A stretch of 61,755 nt of DNA, filler included. It is 8 parts of 8 records of this genome, joined end to end, with 100 filler letters (N's around TTAATTAATTAA, not from the genome) between each part and the next. Parts side by side here need not be neighbours in the genome. Positions count along the whole stretch, not along the records: positions 14,390 to 24,357 come from SRR31147125_99171; positions 24,458 to 30,896 come from SRR31147125_99175; positions 30,997 to 37,395 come from SRR31147125_99201; 5 more parts are not named here. One strand, written 5' to 3'. Both the position numbers and the translations under genes were made by a program. This document shows positions 20,443 to 31,024 of the stretch, one piece after another (the first letter of the stretch is position 1; the number at the start of each line of letters is the position of its first letter). The notes beneath the pieces are model-generated. The model was not told the origin of the DNA, did not search any database, and saw only the letters and a program-made list of their open reading frames with translations.

Positions 20443-21290
20443 TCGATAAGAATAAAATATTAAAACATGTGGATATGTTTCCCACACTACCTTTTGCTGT
20501 ATCTAATGTAATGAAGCTTCTGAATGATCCATCGGCAAGTGCGGCAAAAATCTCTGATGCAATAAAACCTGACCCCGCTTTAACTGGAAACCTGCTCAAA
20601 ATCGTAAACTCGGCCTTTTTTGGCTTAAGGAAAGATATAGTTTCGGTAAAACACGCAGCTACACTGCTTGGCACAAAGCGTCTGTTTGAAGTAACAGTAG
20701 CTGCTGCACTAACACCAATGGTACCAAAAGAAATTCCTGGGTATAATACAAAGGCAAGCCAGTTCTGGTCTCATTCTGTAGCAACGGCAGTTTTAGCTGA
20801 ACAGATCGCTAAAATCGTTGAGATCAAAGAAGAGGAATTGGCATTTACATCAGCTCTTTTGCACGACATCGGCAAACTCGTTATCGGTTCTTTTTTACAG
20901 GAAGAGGAACAGGAGTTACTGAAAAAACTGCAAAGCATGGATAAATCCTTCGTAGAAATCGAGACTGATATCCTAGGGGCTAATCATGCCGAAATTGGTG
21001 GTGATATATGTGACAGGTGGTCATTGCCGCAAAGTATAGGAATGGCAATCAGGTGGCATCATGATCCTTCGGCTAACCCTGATATTGACACCAGACATAT
21101 CTCCGACTTGATAAACATTGCAAATGGTTTGAGCTACGAAATAAGCTTTGGTAACGATCAGGGAGAATTGAGACGCCAGATCTCTGAAAACGCGATTGAA
21201 AGACTTGGAATAAAGGTCCAGCAGCTTGAGCAAGCAGCAAGTGATTCCATGGAACACATAAAAGAACTTAGCAGCTTGTTCAGGCAATAG
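20439..21290 (+). CDS. HDOD-domain protein
   Basis: FPTLP, DPALTGNLLKIVNSAFFG, FWSHS, LLHDIGK, HAEIG...WSLP and WHH. Confidence 0.92.
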   Translation: MIDKNKILKHVDMFPTLPFAVSNVMKLLNDPSASAAKISDAIKPDPALTGNLLKIVNSAFFGLRKDIVSVKHAATLLGTKRLFEVTVAAALTPMVPKEIPGYNTKASQFWSHSVATAVLAEQIAKIVEIKEEELAFTSALLHDIGKLVIGSFLQEEEQELLKKLQSMDKSFVEIETDILGANHAEIGGDICDRWSLPQSIGMAIRWHHDPSANPDIDTRHISDLINIANGLSYEISFGNDQGELRRQISENAIERLGIKVQQLEQAASDSMEHIKELSSLFRQ

Positions 21291-21305
21291 ATTGGAGAGA
21301 GCTAA

Positions 21306-21692
21306 ATGGCTTATAGAATCCTTATAGTAGATGATTCTGAAATTATCAGGTACGCGATTAAAAAATCGATTGGAATGTCTGGACTTAAGGTGTCAGAGAT
21401 TCTGGAGGCGGGTAATGGTGAAGAAGCTTTAGGTGTGATGAACGATGAATGGGTGGATGTTGTTTTCGCCGATCTGAACATGCCTCAGATGAGCGGCGAC
21501 GAAATGGTCGTTAAAATGTCTGAAGACAAAACTTTGTCTGAAATACCGGTAATAATAGTTTCATCAGAGCGCAATAAAGGAAGAATCGGGGAACTTGAGA
21601 AACTTGGTATAAACGGATATATCAAAAAACCTTTCAGACCGGAAAATTTCAGAGATGTTGTTGTTGGTCTTTTCGGCTCAGAAGGAGAATAA
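21306..21692 (+). CDS. cheY: CheY-like single-domain response regulator
   Basis: ILIVDDS, DLNMP and YIKKPF, inside the che operon. Confidence 0.88.
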   Translation: MAYRILIVDDSEIIRYAIKKSIGMSGLKVSEILEAGNGEEALGVMNDEWVDVVFADLNMPQMSGDEMVVKMSEDKTLSEIPVIIVSSERNKGRIGELEKLGINGYIKKPFRPENFRDVVVGLFGSEGE

Positions 21693-21695
21693 CAC

Positions 21696-22160
21696 ATGAA
21701 AAAATCTGTAACTGAAAATGAAGTTTTCGAGCTGTTAGCTAGATATTTTGAAGAAACCGCCTTTATATTCGTGGATATATACGATGATCCCGAACCCTTC
21801 AATGATGAGATAATTACGTCCAAAATTGGGTTCGGCGACAATGACGAAACAGGTACGATGTTTTTCTCGACACCTAAAGAATTTGCAATGGAAATGGCGG
21901 CAAACTTGCTTGGTGTAAATCCCGATGAAGCCAATCTGGAGCAAAAATCCACGGATGCCGTAAGTGAATTGTTGAACATAATCAGTGGTGGTTTAACGGA
22001 AATTTATTTCGGAATCGAGGGAGGAGCCAGATTCGGCTTGCCGGATACTACCACTATTTCCGAAAATGAATACAACAATGTGGCCAAGAAAGCAGATTTG
22101 CACATACCAATGATCTCCGATGAGGGATTCAGACTCGATTTTATTATTCAATGGAATTGA
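21696..22160 (+). CDS. CheX-like phosphatase
   Basis: MAANLLG...DAVSELLNIISG (ExxN motif). Confidence 0.75.
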   Translation: MKKSVTENEVFELLARYFEETAFIFVDIYDDPEPFNDEIITSKIGFGDNDETGTMFFSTPKEFAMEMAANLLGVNPDEANLEQKSTDAVSELLNIISGGLTEIYFGIEGGARFGLPDTTTISENEYNNVAKKADLHIPMISDEGFRLDFIIQWN

Positions 22161-23219
<1,059 letters not shown>

Positions 23220-23348
23220 ATAAGGGTTTTCGATGTAGGTTGTTAGTAGATTCAATTAACCAAAAATAAATTGGAAGGGATCATACTTTAATAACTTGAA
23301 AAAACCTTGGGAGAAAAAGGCACTGTAAATAATTGAAAAGGGGTAAGA

Positions 23349-23818
23349 TGAAAAGCCTAGAACCAAAACTAATGGAACCTTTCATACGGGCGACAATAGC
23401 TTGCTTTGAGACTATGATGGACATAGTTCCCGTACACAAAAGCGTATCAATCGCGCTTCCTCCGATTATGCTATCCGACATCTGTGGAATCATTGGACTA
23501 TCTGGCGATGCAAAAGGGACGGTGAGCATTTCTTTCAAAGAAGATGTTGCCATGAAGGTCGTCGGCAGATTTATCGAGGAAGAGATTACCGAAGTAGACA
23601 AAGATGTCTACGATGCTATTGGCGAAATCGTCAACATCATTGCCGGTGATGCAAAATCTACCCTTGGTGATTTGTCACTCTCGATTTCACTGCCGGCCAT
23701 TATGTCCGGTGAAAAATTAAACATGACTATCCCGGATGACATTTCCTTTGTAAACATCATTTTCGAGTTGCCAGAATTGGGCGAGTTTACATTAATGGTA
23801 GGTCTTGAAAAATCTTAA
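23349..23818 (+). CDS. cheX: Chemotaxis phosphatase CheX
   Basis: PFI.A, ICGIIGLSG..KG, DAIGEIVNIIAG and ISLP. Confidence 0.9.
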
Positions 23819-23897
23819 TCAAGACTTGACTTTAAATTTTTAAAGGTTATTAAAGATACTAATAGTTTAAGGTAAATGACCTTTTTTGGAGGATAGA

Positions 23898-24263
23898 ATG
23901 AAAATATTGGTGGTAGATGATTCTCGCACTATGAGAAAAATTCTTAAGAAAACAATTTTGGCAGCAAATGTAGATGAAGTTGTCGAAGCTGAAGATGGAT
24001 TGGATGCTCTTAAAAAACTGAAAGACGAAACTGGTATTGATATGATTCTGATGGATATCAATATGCCAAACGTAAACGGTGTTCAGGCATTGCAAGAGAT
24101 TAAAAAGATCCCCGCAATTAAAGACATTCCGGTAGTAATGTGCACGTCAGAAGCAGAAAAAGAGATGGTTATCGAGTGTATCAAAAGCGGTGCCAAAGAT
24201 TATATCGTTAAACCATTTTCCAAGGAAATCATTATTGACAAAATCGACAAGATACTTGGATAA
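23898..24263 (+). CDS. cheY: CheY response regulator
   Basis: SD GGAGG. KILVVDDSRTMR, DINMP, CTSE and YIVKPF. Confidence 0.92.
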   Translation: MKILVVDDSRTMRKILKKTILAANVDEVVEAEDGLDALKKLKDETGIDMILMDINMPNVNGVQALQEIKKIPAIKDIPVVMCTSEAEKEMVIECIKSGAKDYIVKPFSKEIIIDKIDKILG

Positions 24264-24303
24264 AAATATAGAACTCTTTTAAAAATGAGTAAGTTAATCT
24301 ACG

Positions 24304-24357
24304 GCCACCTGACAGTCATTATAATTGTTTTAACTTTCCTGTCAGGTGGTTTTGTTT
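24304..24357 (+). terminator. Possible intrinsic terminator closing the che region
   Basis: CCACCTGACAG (24305-15) / CTGTCAGGTGG (24339-49) inverted repeat followed by TTTTGTTT. The loop is long (23 nt). Confidence 0.5.
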
Positions 24358-24457
24358 NNNNNNNNNNNNNNNNNNNNNNNNNNNNNNNNNNNNNNNNNNN
24401 NTTAATTAATTAANNNNNNNNNNNNNNNNNNNNNNNNNNNNNNNNNNNNNNNNNNNN
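24358..24457. other. Artificial contig linker
   Basis: N44-TTAATTAATTAA-N44. Confidence 0.98.
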
Positions 24458-24545
24458 GGCTATCTCTTTTCGAACGGCTATCTCTTTGGTTCATACCGAG
24501 CAAAATAACAGTTCGCGGCCACATGAAGATCCGGCTCAATTTCAT
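24458..24545 (-). CDS. Start of the next operon gene, possibly GspK (truncated)
   Basis: ATG overlaps the gspJ stop (ATGA) and the frame is open to the contig end. Identity is inferred from gene order only. Confidence 0.35.
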
Positions 24546-25342
24546 TGAAGAAGATCGCCTCCGACTTTGAACAACCAGCGGGTGCGGTTGTCCGGATCGT
24601 TTGACGTTTGAGCAAATTCCAGTCTGGCATATATCGGCAATGAATGGTTCGATTCCCACTCCTCTTCAAAAGCGCTGAAATCCAGTTTGGATGCCATCTC
24701 GGATGTCGTTCTAGAACTTCTAATGGTATTTTTTTGCCCACTGCCGCTTAGAAACGATACTTTGAACCGCACAACATCCTGAATCACTGCAGCCGGCATT
24801 GTGGTTGCTGCACCTTTTTTACCGTTTCCCTTATTTCTATTTTCACCATCCTCGATATCTTCGACACCGCCGATGACCTGTTCAAAGACTTCCAGCTTCT
24901 TCTCATCGGGATCATACAGATATCGAACATGAATCACCCCTTTGGCAGGGGTTCCCATCGGAGAGTATTTTGTATAAAATGAGAGCGAATTCCCATCCGA
25001 AAGAAAATCGAGTCGTGTGGCGCTTTGTCCGGCTCTTGAGGATGTTGCGTCTCCGGTATTCAGTGAGTCCGTGGCGATGGCGCCTTTTTCAAATGCCGCT
25101 TGCGAGATGACGGCTCGCAATTGTCGCGCCATCAGATTCGGCAGCACCAATTTGATCTGCACACTCTCTCCCTCGATGTTTCCCCTCTCCCAGGCTTGTA
25201 GGGTCATCCTGAATGCAAGGGCGAGCACCAACGTCAACATGGACACCAACACCATGGCCACCAAGACTTCGATCAATGTGAACCCGTCACCCGTTTTGAT
25301 ATGACACCCGTGTTGCATTACTGTGCCGGTTCCGGTACCCAT
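24542..25342 (-). CDS. gspJ: Type II secretion minor pseudopilin, GspJ-like
   Basis: G|FTLIEVLVAM prepilin site, positioned after gspI. Start may be ATG 25318. Confidence 0.78.
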   Translation of the reverse strand: MGTGTGTVMQHGCHIKTGDGFTLIEVLVAMVLVSMLTLVLALAFRMTLQAWERGNIEGESVQIKLVLPNLMARQLRAVISQAAFEKGAIATDSLNTGDATSSRAGQSATRLDFLSDGNSLSFYTKYSPMGTPAKGVIHVRYLYDPDEKKLEVFEQVIGGVEDIEDGENRNKGNGKKGAATTMPAAVIQDVVRFKVSFLSGSGQKNTIRSSRTTSEMASKLDFSAFEEEWESNHSLPIYARLEFAQTSNDPDNRTRWLFKVGGDLLQ

Positions 25343-25787
25343 CGTTCAATGCAATAGGACTTTTCGGAAAAAAAATGTCGGTGGGCCACGCAAATGCTCA
25401 CTTGAACCATTCCCGTCACTTCAATTTCTTCTCCCTCCTCTTTCACTCCGTGGGCAGACCTCTCATCCGTCATGGGCAAGATAAGATCCGAGCGGTTCAC
25501 AACAAGCGGTGTTGACGTCGCTTTGCAGGACCATTCGTCATCCCCTTCTATGGTTCCTTCGAAAGTCTCCTTGCTCACAATTTCCCGGAGCAGGGGGGAT
25601 TGGTCAGTATGTTTCTCATGACCCGCATCGCCTCCACCGCATGGTCGGCCCGGCCGGAAATTCCTTTAGCGGCCGACAATGCGCCGGTCACGGCAGTGAT
25701 GGAAACGCCCATGATGATCAGGGCGACCATCACCTCGATCAGGGTGTAAGCATCTTGATAGCCCCCATTCTCATCCTCAAAGGCCAC
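25318..25787 (-). CDS. gspI: Type II secretion minor pseudopilin, GspI-like (one-base indel in the run at 25593-25598)
   Basis: A|YTLIEVMVAL prepilin-like site. Adding one C joins ORF 25575-25787 to 25318-25578 (NPPLLREIVSKETFEG). Confidence 0.75.
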
Positions 25788-25802
25788 TGTCTGATCACAT
25801 TT

Positions 25803-26414
25803 TCACCCATCATCTGAATCGACAAAATTGATAGAGCCGGTCAATCGATCCACTTGAAATGTCGTCCCGTCATTTTCACCACTTTGGCCGCTCTCATCAA
25901 AACCAATGGAAAGACGCCCACCGGTTGAACTTCCATCGGGATAGAAGCAGATATAAAAAACCCCTTGGCCGTCGGACATCAGCTGCTCCCCTTCTCTTTT
26001 TGTACTTTCAATCCGCACGCGTTCGGGAATGGCAAGGGGCTTTTGATTCGCCATAGGGATAAATATCTCATTTTCTCCATATGGGGCACGATCCCCCCCA
26101 ACGGTTGTTGACTCGGCACTTGACCCCGGATACCCCATTTGAGCCACACGACATATCCGCTGCTTCGGTTCAATCGTTAAACAGACGGGGTAGGCATCGG
26201 CCTTTGATGCCGTCCGGGCGACTTTGCAAAGCGTCACCAAAGATTCCACAAACAGTCGACTCTGTTTCAATCGTCCGGATTGCCCGACATTCATCAAAAC
26301 CAGAGAACCTGCAATGGCGATCAGCAGCATCACCACCATGATTTCAATCAAGGTAAATCCGTCATGGCGTGGTCGTCCTGTTTGGATGGTGTCGTTGAAG
26401 CGCTGCGTCGTCAA
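25803..26414 (-). CDS. gspH: Type II secretion minor pseudopilin, GspH-like
   Basis: G|FTLIEIMVV, ICFYPDGSSTGG and VDRLTG. Confidence 0.85.
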   Translation of the reverse strand: MTTQRFNDTIQTGRPRHDGFTLIEIMVVMLLIAIAGSLVLMNVGQSGRLKQSRLFVESLVTLCKVARTASKADAYPVCLTIEPKQRICRVAQMGYPGSSAESTTVGGDRAPYGENEIFIPMANQKPLAIPERVRIESTKREGEQLMSDGQGVFYICFYPDGSSTGGRLSIGFDESGQSGENDGTTFQVDRLTGSINFVDSDDG

Positions 26415-27634
26415 AATTGAATCTCGTTGATACCGAAAATGGTGGATAACATGCTCACCACCACACCGCCGATGAGTAGCCCCAGAAAAAGGATGGAAAA
26501 AGGCTCCAACAAGGCGAGATAGGTTTTGATTTTCGATTGGATTTTGCGATCCAGGTCATCTGAGACGGAAACCAGCATATCGCCGATTTTTCCCGTCTCT
26601 TCTCCCAATGACACCATCTGAACCACCATGGGAGGAAAAACGGTGCGCTCACGCATCAATGCACTGACGCTTCGCCCCTCTTTGACCTGGGTGTAGATGT
26701 GATTCACCGCCTCTTTGACTTGACCGTTTATGACCACGGCACCGACAATATGGAGCGCTTTCATGAGAGGTACCCCGCTTTGCACAAGGGTTCCCAATGT
26801 TCGAGAAAATCGGCTCATCTCGATATCCAACAGCACCTCCCCCACATAAGGCACTTTCAAAATAACCTTGTCGTATGCCATGCGTCCTTTTTGAGACTTT
26901 AAAAACCGCCACCCCATTAACCCCAAAAGAATCATCACCGAGAGCAAAAGCCACCACCACACCCGAATGAAGTTACTCAGCTCCAACAATATCAAGGTCG
27001 ACAGGGGGATTTCCTGGCCGAGATCGGCAAAGATGCCTGCAAACTTCGGCACGACAAATCCAAGGATTACCAGCAACGAGAGAAGACCGACGGAGAGAAG
27101 GATGACGGGATAAATGGAAGAGGAGACAACATACTTTTTGATCTCCTCGCTACGCGCGATAAATTCGGAGAGGCGCTCCATCACCGACGGTAGGATCCCG
27201 CCCATTTCACCGACGCGAACCATATTGACATAGAGATCATTGAACTCTTCGGGCTTTTCCGCCATGGCATCGGAGAGGGTGTTTCCTTTCTTGAGGGCCT
27301 CTTGAAGGTAGCGGGTCATGGCCTGCACCTTTTTGTCCGATGTGGCGCTTCCGGCAATGGTCAATGCCCGATCCATCGGAAGGCCCGACTTAAAAAGGTG
27401 GGCAAGATCCGAAGTGAATTGAAGAAGCTTGGCATTGTTCAGGGTTCTGCCCCGGCCGACGCGTAGAAAGGAGCTAAAGGATAACGACGCATTGACGTCC
27501 GTTTCCATCCAGCGAAGCAAGACCGCTCCCCTGGATTGAAGGATCAAAAGAATCTCATCCTTGTCCCTGGCCTCCAGGGTCTCGATTTTTTTCTTTCCCT
27601 GGGCCGTGACGTATTCAAATCGAAAATCCGGCAT
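26411..27634 (-). CDS. gspF: Type II secretion inner-membrane platform protein GspF
   Basis: SGLPMDRAL, YVNMVRVGEMGG, YP, VVPKFA, SGVPL and GEETG...LLEP. Confidence 0.93.
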   Translation of the reverse strand: MPDFRFEYVTAQGKKKIETLEARDKDEILLILQSRGAVLLRWMETDVNASLSFSSFLRVGRGRTLNNAKLLQFTSDLAHLFKSGLPMDRALTIAGSATSDKKVQAMTRYLQEALKKGNTLSDAMAEKPEEFNDLYVNMVRVGEMGGILPSVMERLSEFIARSEEIKKYVVSSSIYPVILLSVGLLSLLVILGFVVPKFAGIFADLGQEIPLSTLILLELSNFIRVWWWLLLSVMILLGLMGWRFLKSQKGRMAYDKVILKVPYVGEVLLDIEMSRFSRTLGTLVQSGVPLMKALHIVGAVVINGQVKEAVNHIYTQVKEGRSVSALMRERTVFPPMVVQMVSLGEETGKIGDMLVSVSDDLDRKIQSKIKTYLALLEPFSILFLGLLIGGVVVSMLSTIFGINEIQF

Positions 27635-29256
27635 CAGCGGGAGACCCTCAACACCTCTTCAAAGGTTGTCACCCCTTGTGCCACTTTTTCCAATCCATCC
27701 AATTTCAATGACCGCATGCCGCTTTTAACCGCTTTTTTAAAAATCCGATTCCTATCGGCACCTGCCGCCACTTCACCCTGTAGTGCCTCATCCATGACCA
27801 TCAGCTCAAAAATTCCAAGCCGGCCTTTGTATCCGGTTTCCCCGCATGCCTTACACCCTTCGCCTCGGCTGAATGATGAGGGGAGCTCATCTTGGGGCAG
27901 GGCAAAGTCCTCCGAAAGCCGTTGACGCTGCTCGTCGGAGAGATGAAACGTTTTAAGGCATTGGGTGCAATTTTTCCGGACCAGCCGCTGGGCCAGAACC
28001 GCCACAAGAGAGGAGGAGATCATAAACCGCTCGATGCCCATATCCTCAAGACGCGTCACAGCGCCTGCCGCATCGTTGGTATGGAGCGTCGAGAAAACCA
28101 TATGACCGGTCAGTGCCGCCTGAACGGCAATCTCCGCGGTTTCTCCGTCTCGAATCTCCCCGATGAGCATGACATCGGGATCATGGCGAAGAAATGAGCG
28201 CAATGTGCCGGCAAAGGTCAGCCCGATGGATGAATGCACCTGCACCTGATTGACCCCATCCAACTGATACTCCACGGGATCTTCCACCGTGACTATTTTT
28301 TTATCCGGCGTGTTGATCTCATTGAGAGCGGCATAAAGCGTGGTGGTCTTTCCCGATCCTGTGGGACCGGTCACCAGAAGAATGCCGAAAGGGTTGGCAA
28401 TAACGGATCGAAATGTTTGGAGAAGCGCACCGCCAAAGCCGAGCTCCACCAGATCGAGGGAGATGTTCTCTTTGTTTAAAAGCCGTAAGACGATACTTTC
28501 GCCGAAATGCGTCGGGATGGTGGAGACACGAATATCGACCTCGTCCTGCCCGGATCGAATTTTTATTCTTCCATCCTGGGGAAGTCGCCGTTCCGCAATA
28601 TCGAGTTTTGCCATCAACTTCACTCTGGATATAATGGCCGCTTTGAGACGGGCCGAGATGGCTTCCTGGTCATGAAGCACCCCGTCAATGCGATAGCGGA
28701 CCAACACCGTATGGCGTCTCGGTTCAATATGAATATCCGAGACACCCAGCTCCAGTGCTCTGTTGATCACGTGGTTGACCAATCGAATGACAGGCGCTTC
28801 AGAGGCAATTCCCTTCAACTGTTCAGGATCGTCCCATAATGCCTCTTCCAGGGAGAGATCCAGCGTTTCAGCCTCATCATCGGCGGTCATATCGGCGTCG
28901 GCCTCGTACCACCGATAGATATATTGACTGATCAGCTCTTTCGACGCGCGAAACACCTCCAACGGCTTTGCGTAGGTTGCCCGAATGATTTCCCTGGTGT
29001 TGAAATCCAAGGGGTCACCCATCATCACCTGAAGCGCCCCATCCTCATCCCGGATAGGAACGAATTGATACCGTTTCAAAAAATTCACCGGAAGCAGCAG
29101 CACGGCAGGTGGATTTTCCGGAATTTCCTTCTCATCCACCATTGGGATTTCAACCGCATTCGTCTCAACCGACTGCGTGGCAGCAGCGGGTGAGGCTTTG
29201 GGCGTCGTCAAGGCTTTTTTACTGCCTCGCCTGGATTTAAATAGAGATGACAGCAT
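27634..29256 (-). CDS. gspE: Type II secretion ATPase GspE
   Basis: SDIHIEP, ERRLPQDGR, Walker A GPTGSGKTT, EDPVEY, LRHDPD...GEIRD, STLHTN and a tetracysteine CxxC...CxxC. Confidence 0.95.
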   Translation of the reverse strand: MLSSLFKSRRGSKKALTTPKASPAAATQSVETNAVEIPMVDEKEIPENPPAVLLLPVNFLKRYQFVPIRDEDGALQVMMGDPLDFNTREIIRATYAKPLEVFRASKELISQYIYRWYEADADMTADDEAETLDLSLEEALWDDPEQLKGIASEAPVIRLVNHVINRALELGVSDIHIEPRRHTVLVRYRIDGVLHDQEAISARLKAAIISRVKLMAKLDIAERRLPQDGRIKIRSGQDEVDIRVSTIPTHFGESIVLRLLNKENISLDLVELGFGGALLQTFRSVIANPFGILLVTGPTGSGKTTTLYAALNEINTPDKKIVTVEDPVEYQLDGVNQVQVHSSIGLTFAGTLRSFLRHDPDVMLIGEIRDGETAEIAVQAALTGHMVFSTLHTNDAAGAVTRLEDMGIERFMISSSLVAVLAQRLVRKNCTQCLKTFHLSDEQRQRLSEDFALPQDELPSSFSRGEGCKACGETGYKGRLGIFELMVMDEALQGEVAAGADRNRIFKKAVKSGMRSLKLDGLEKVAQGVTTFEEVLRVSR

Positions 29257-29713
29257 TATTCCCAGCTAACGATATCTTTATCCATTTTACCCTCCCCCCT
29301 TCCGCACCATCCCCGGCATAACTGAAAAGATCGTATTTTCCATGTTCACCGGGAGATACATAATGAAACGGATTGTCCCAGGCGTCGTTGGGTACCGGTT
29401 TGGGAAGATAAGGGCCGTCCCATTTTTTCAACTCTCCGGGATTTTCCCGAAGTGCGCCCAATCCCTCCTCCGTTGTCGGATATCGTCCATTGTCCAGCCG
29501 GAAACTGTCCAGTGCCGACCCCAGCAATTCAATTTGGGTTTTGGTCGTTTTTATTTTTGCCTGATCAATTTTACCGAAAAATTTTGGCGCAACAAGCGCT
29601 GAAAGTAACCCCACAATGATGATGACCACCATAATCTCAATCAAGGTAAATCCCGCCTGTCGGTTACGCTTCATTTTCTGTAAACAGCGCCGGCACTCAT
29701 TTTCAGAATCCAT
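29256..29713 (-). CDS. gspG: Major pseudopilin GspG (true end EGGEGKMDKDIVSWE* after restoring one G at 29294-29299)
   Basis: G|FTLIEIMVV, FRLDNGRYPTTEEGL..L, WDGPYL, DAWDNPFHY.SPG. The corrected stop overlaps the gspE start (TAATG). Confidence 0.93.
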
Positions 29714-29760
29714 TTTCCACCTATATCCTTCATGTGTTTGTTGACTGCCGGTCATGAGAA

Positions 29761-30870
29761 TCACTCCGGAGTCTTCTCTGTTTCCGCCTTCGTTTCATTT
29801 TCAACGCGTTGATGCTTTTGTCTTTCCTGAGCCTCTTTAATTAACGCCTCAAATTTCTTCTTCAAAGCGGCTGCACGTTCAGGATCTTGTTTTACCGGCT
29901 CCGCTCCTCCGGAGGGTGCCTTTTCTTTTTTCTGTTGCTGCAGCTGCTTAATGACTTCAAGAAAATTTCCCGCACTTTTCGCGTCATCCACTCCGGTATT
30001 TTTACCTTTGACAGCTTGGTTCGCTTGATTTCCTTTAGGGGTCGTCATGCGACCGGCTGAAGGGGATTTGGAATCAAGAAGACGGGCCATCACATTCAAT
30101 TTCATCTCCGGTTGAATCTTACTGTCCGTTTCCAAAATCAATACATCATAATAGGCACCGGCCTCTTCTTTGGTATTTTCGACAGTGATCGTGTATTGCT
30201 TCCGCCCATCGTCCGTTTGCCCTTCCGACAGTTCATATTTGACAAACTCATCTCTATGGGCACGAATCTTCTTTATGACAAACGGGTGCTGAGGCTCAGG
30301 AATCACTGTTACCGTGGCCTTCATGGGTTCACCGACTCTTCCATTGAAACGAACCACACGAGGTGTAATGGTGGCAAAGCGCTCCACCTGACCGGCCACC
30401 GACAATTTTGTTTTTGGAGATGCCGGATCGTCCGACTCCACAGTAATGGTTTTATTTAGATGACGTCCGCCATATCCTTTTGTATTTACTTTAATCGCAA
30501 TTTTTCCCTCTTCACCTGGAGGGATCTCTCTTGAGTAAGAGACGGTAGTGCACCCTCAACCGGTTCGGACCTTCTGGATATGGAGCGGCGCATCTCCTTT
30601 ATTTACAAATGAAAACTCATGAGTCACCTCAACACCTTCCACAACTTTTTTGAAGGTATAATTGGGCGCTGAAAACGAAATTGAAGGAGAGTGCCCACTT
30701 TCAGCTTCATTGACTTTGTCGTCACTCTTTGCCACGTTCTCTTTGACAACCTCACCTTCCATCGCAGCGCGCTTCTCAGCCCCGATACATGGAGTTGACA
30801 ACAGAAAACAAAAAGCCAGCAGGGCAATCCCCACTGCTTTGAACCGACCATTCATAATTATAGACCTCAT
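29761..30870 (-). CDS. Exported DUF1573-like Ig-fold protein, probable selenoprotein (UGA at 30558-30556, codon 105; 369 aa)
   Basis: ORF 30556-30870 continues in frame through the UGA into ORF 29761-30441: HEFSFVNKGDAPLHIQKVRTG-UGA-GCTTVSYSREIPPGEEGKIAIKVNTKGYGG..LNKTITVESDDP. The family's xCGC motif reads G-U-G-C here. Confidence 0.8.
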
Positions 30871-30896
30871 TATTTTTGATTAAGAACCAAACACTC

Positions 30897-30996
30897 NNNN
30901 NNNNNNNNNNNNNNNNNNNNNNNNNNNNNNNNNNNNNNNNTTAATTAATTAANNNNNNNNNNNNNNNNNNNNNNNNNNNNNNNNNNNNNNNNNNNN
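30897..30996. other. Artificial contig linker
   Basis: N44-TTAATTAATTAA-N44. Confidence 0.98.
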
Positions 30997-31024
30997 GGGC
31001 AAAAGACAATTATTCAAGGTTCCC

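Noticed and set aside
24458-30896. Linking the T2SS (contig D) to the CTERM protease (contig G), or the cyclase (G) to the MshEN-like CheA (C)
   Set aside because: These are different contigs separated by artificial linkers, with no evidence here that they share a genome.
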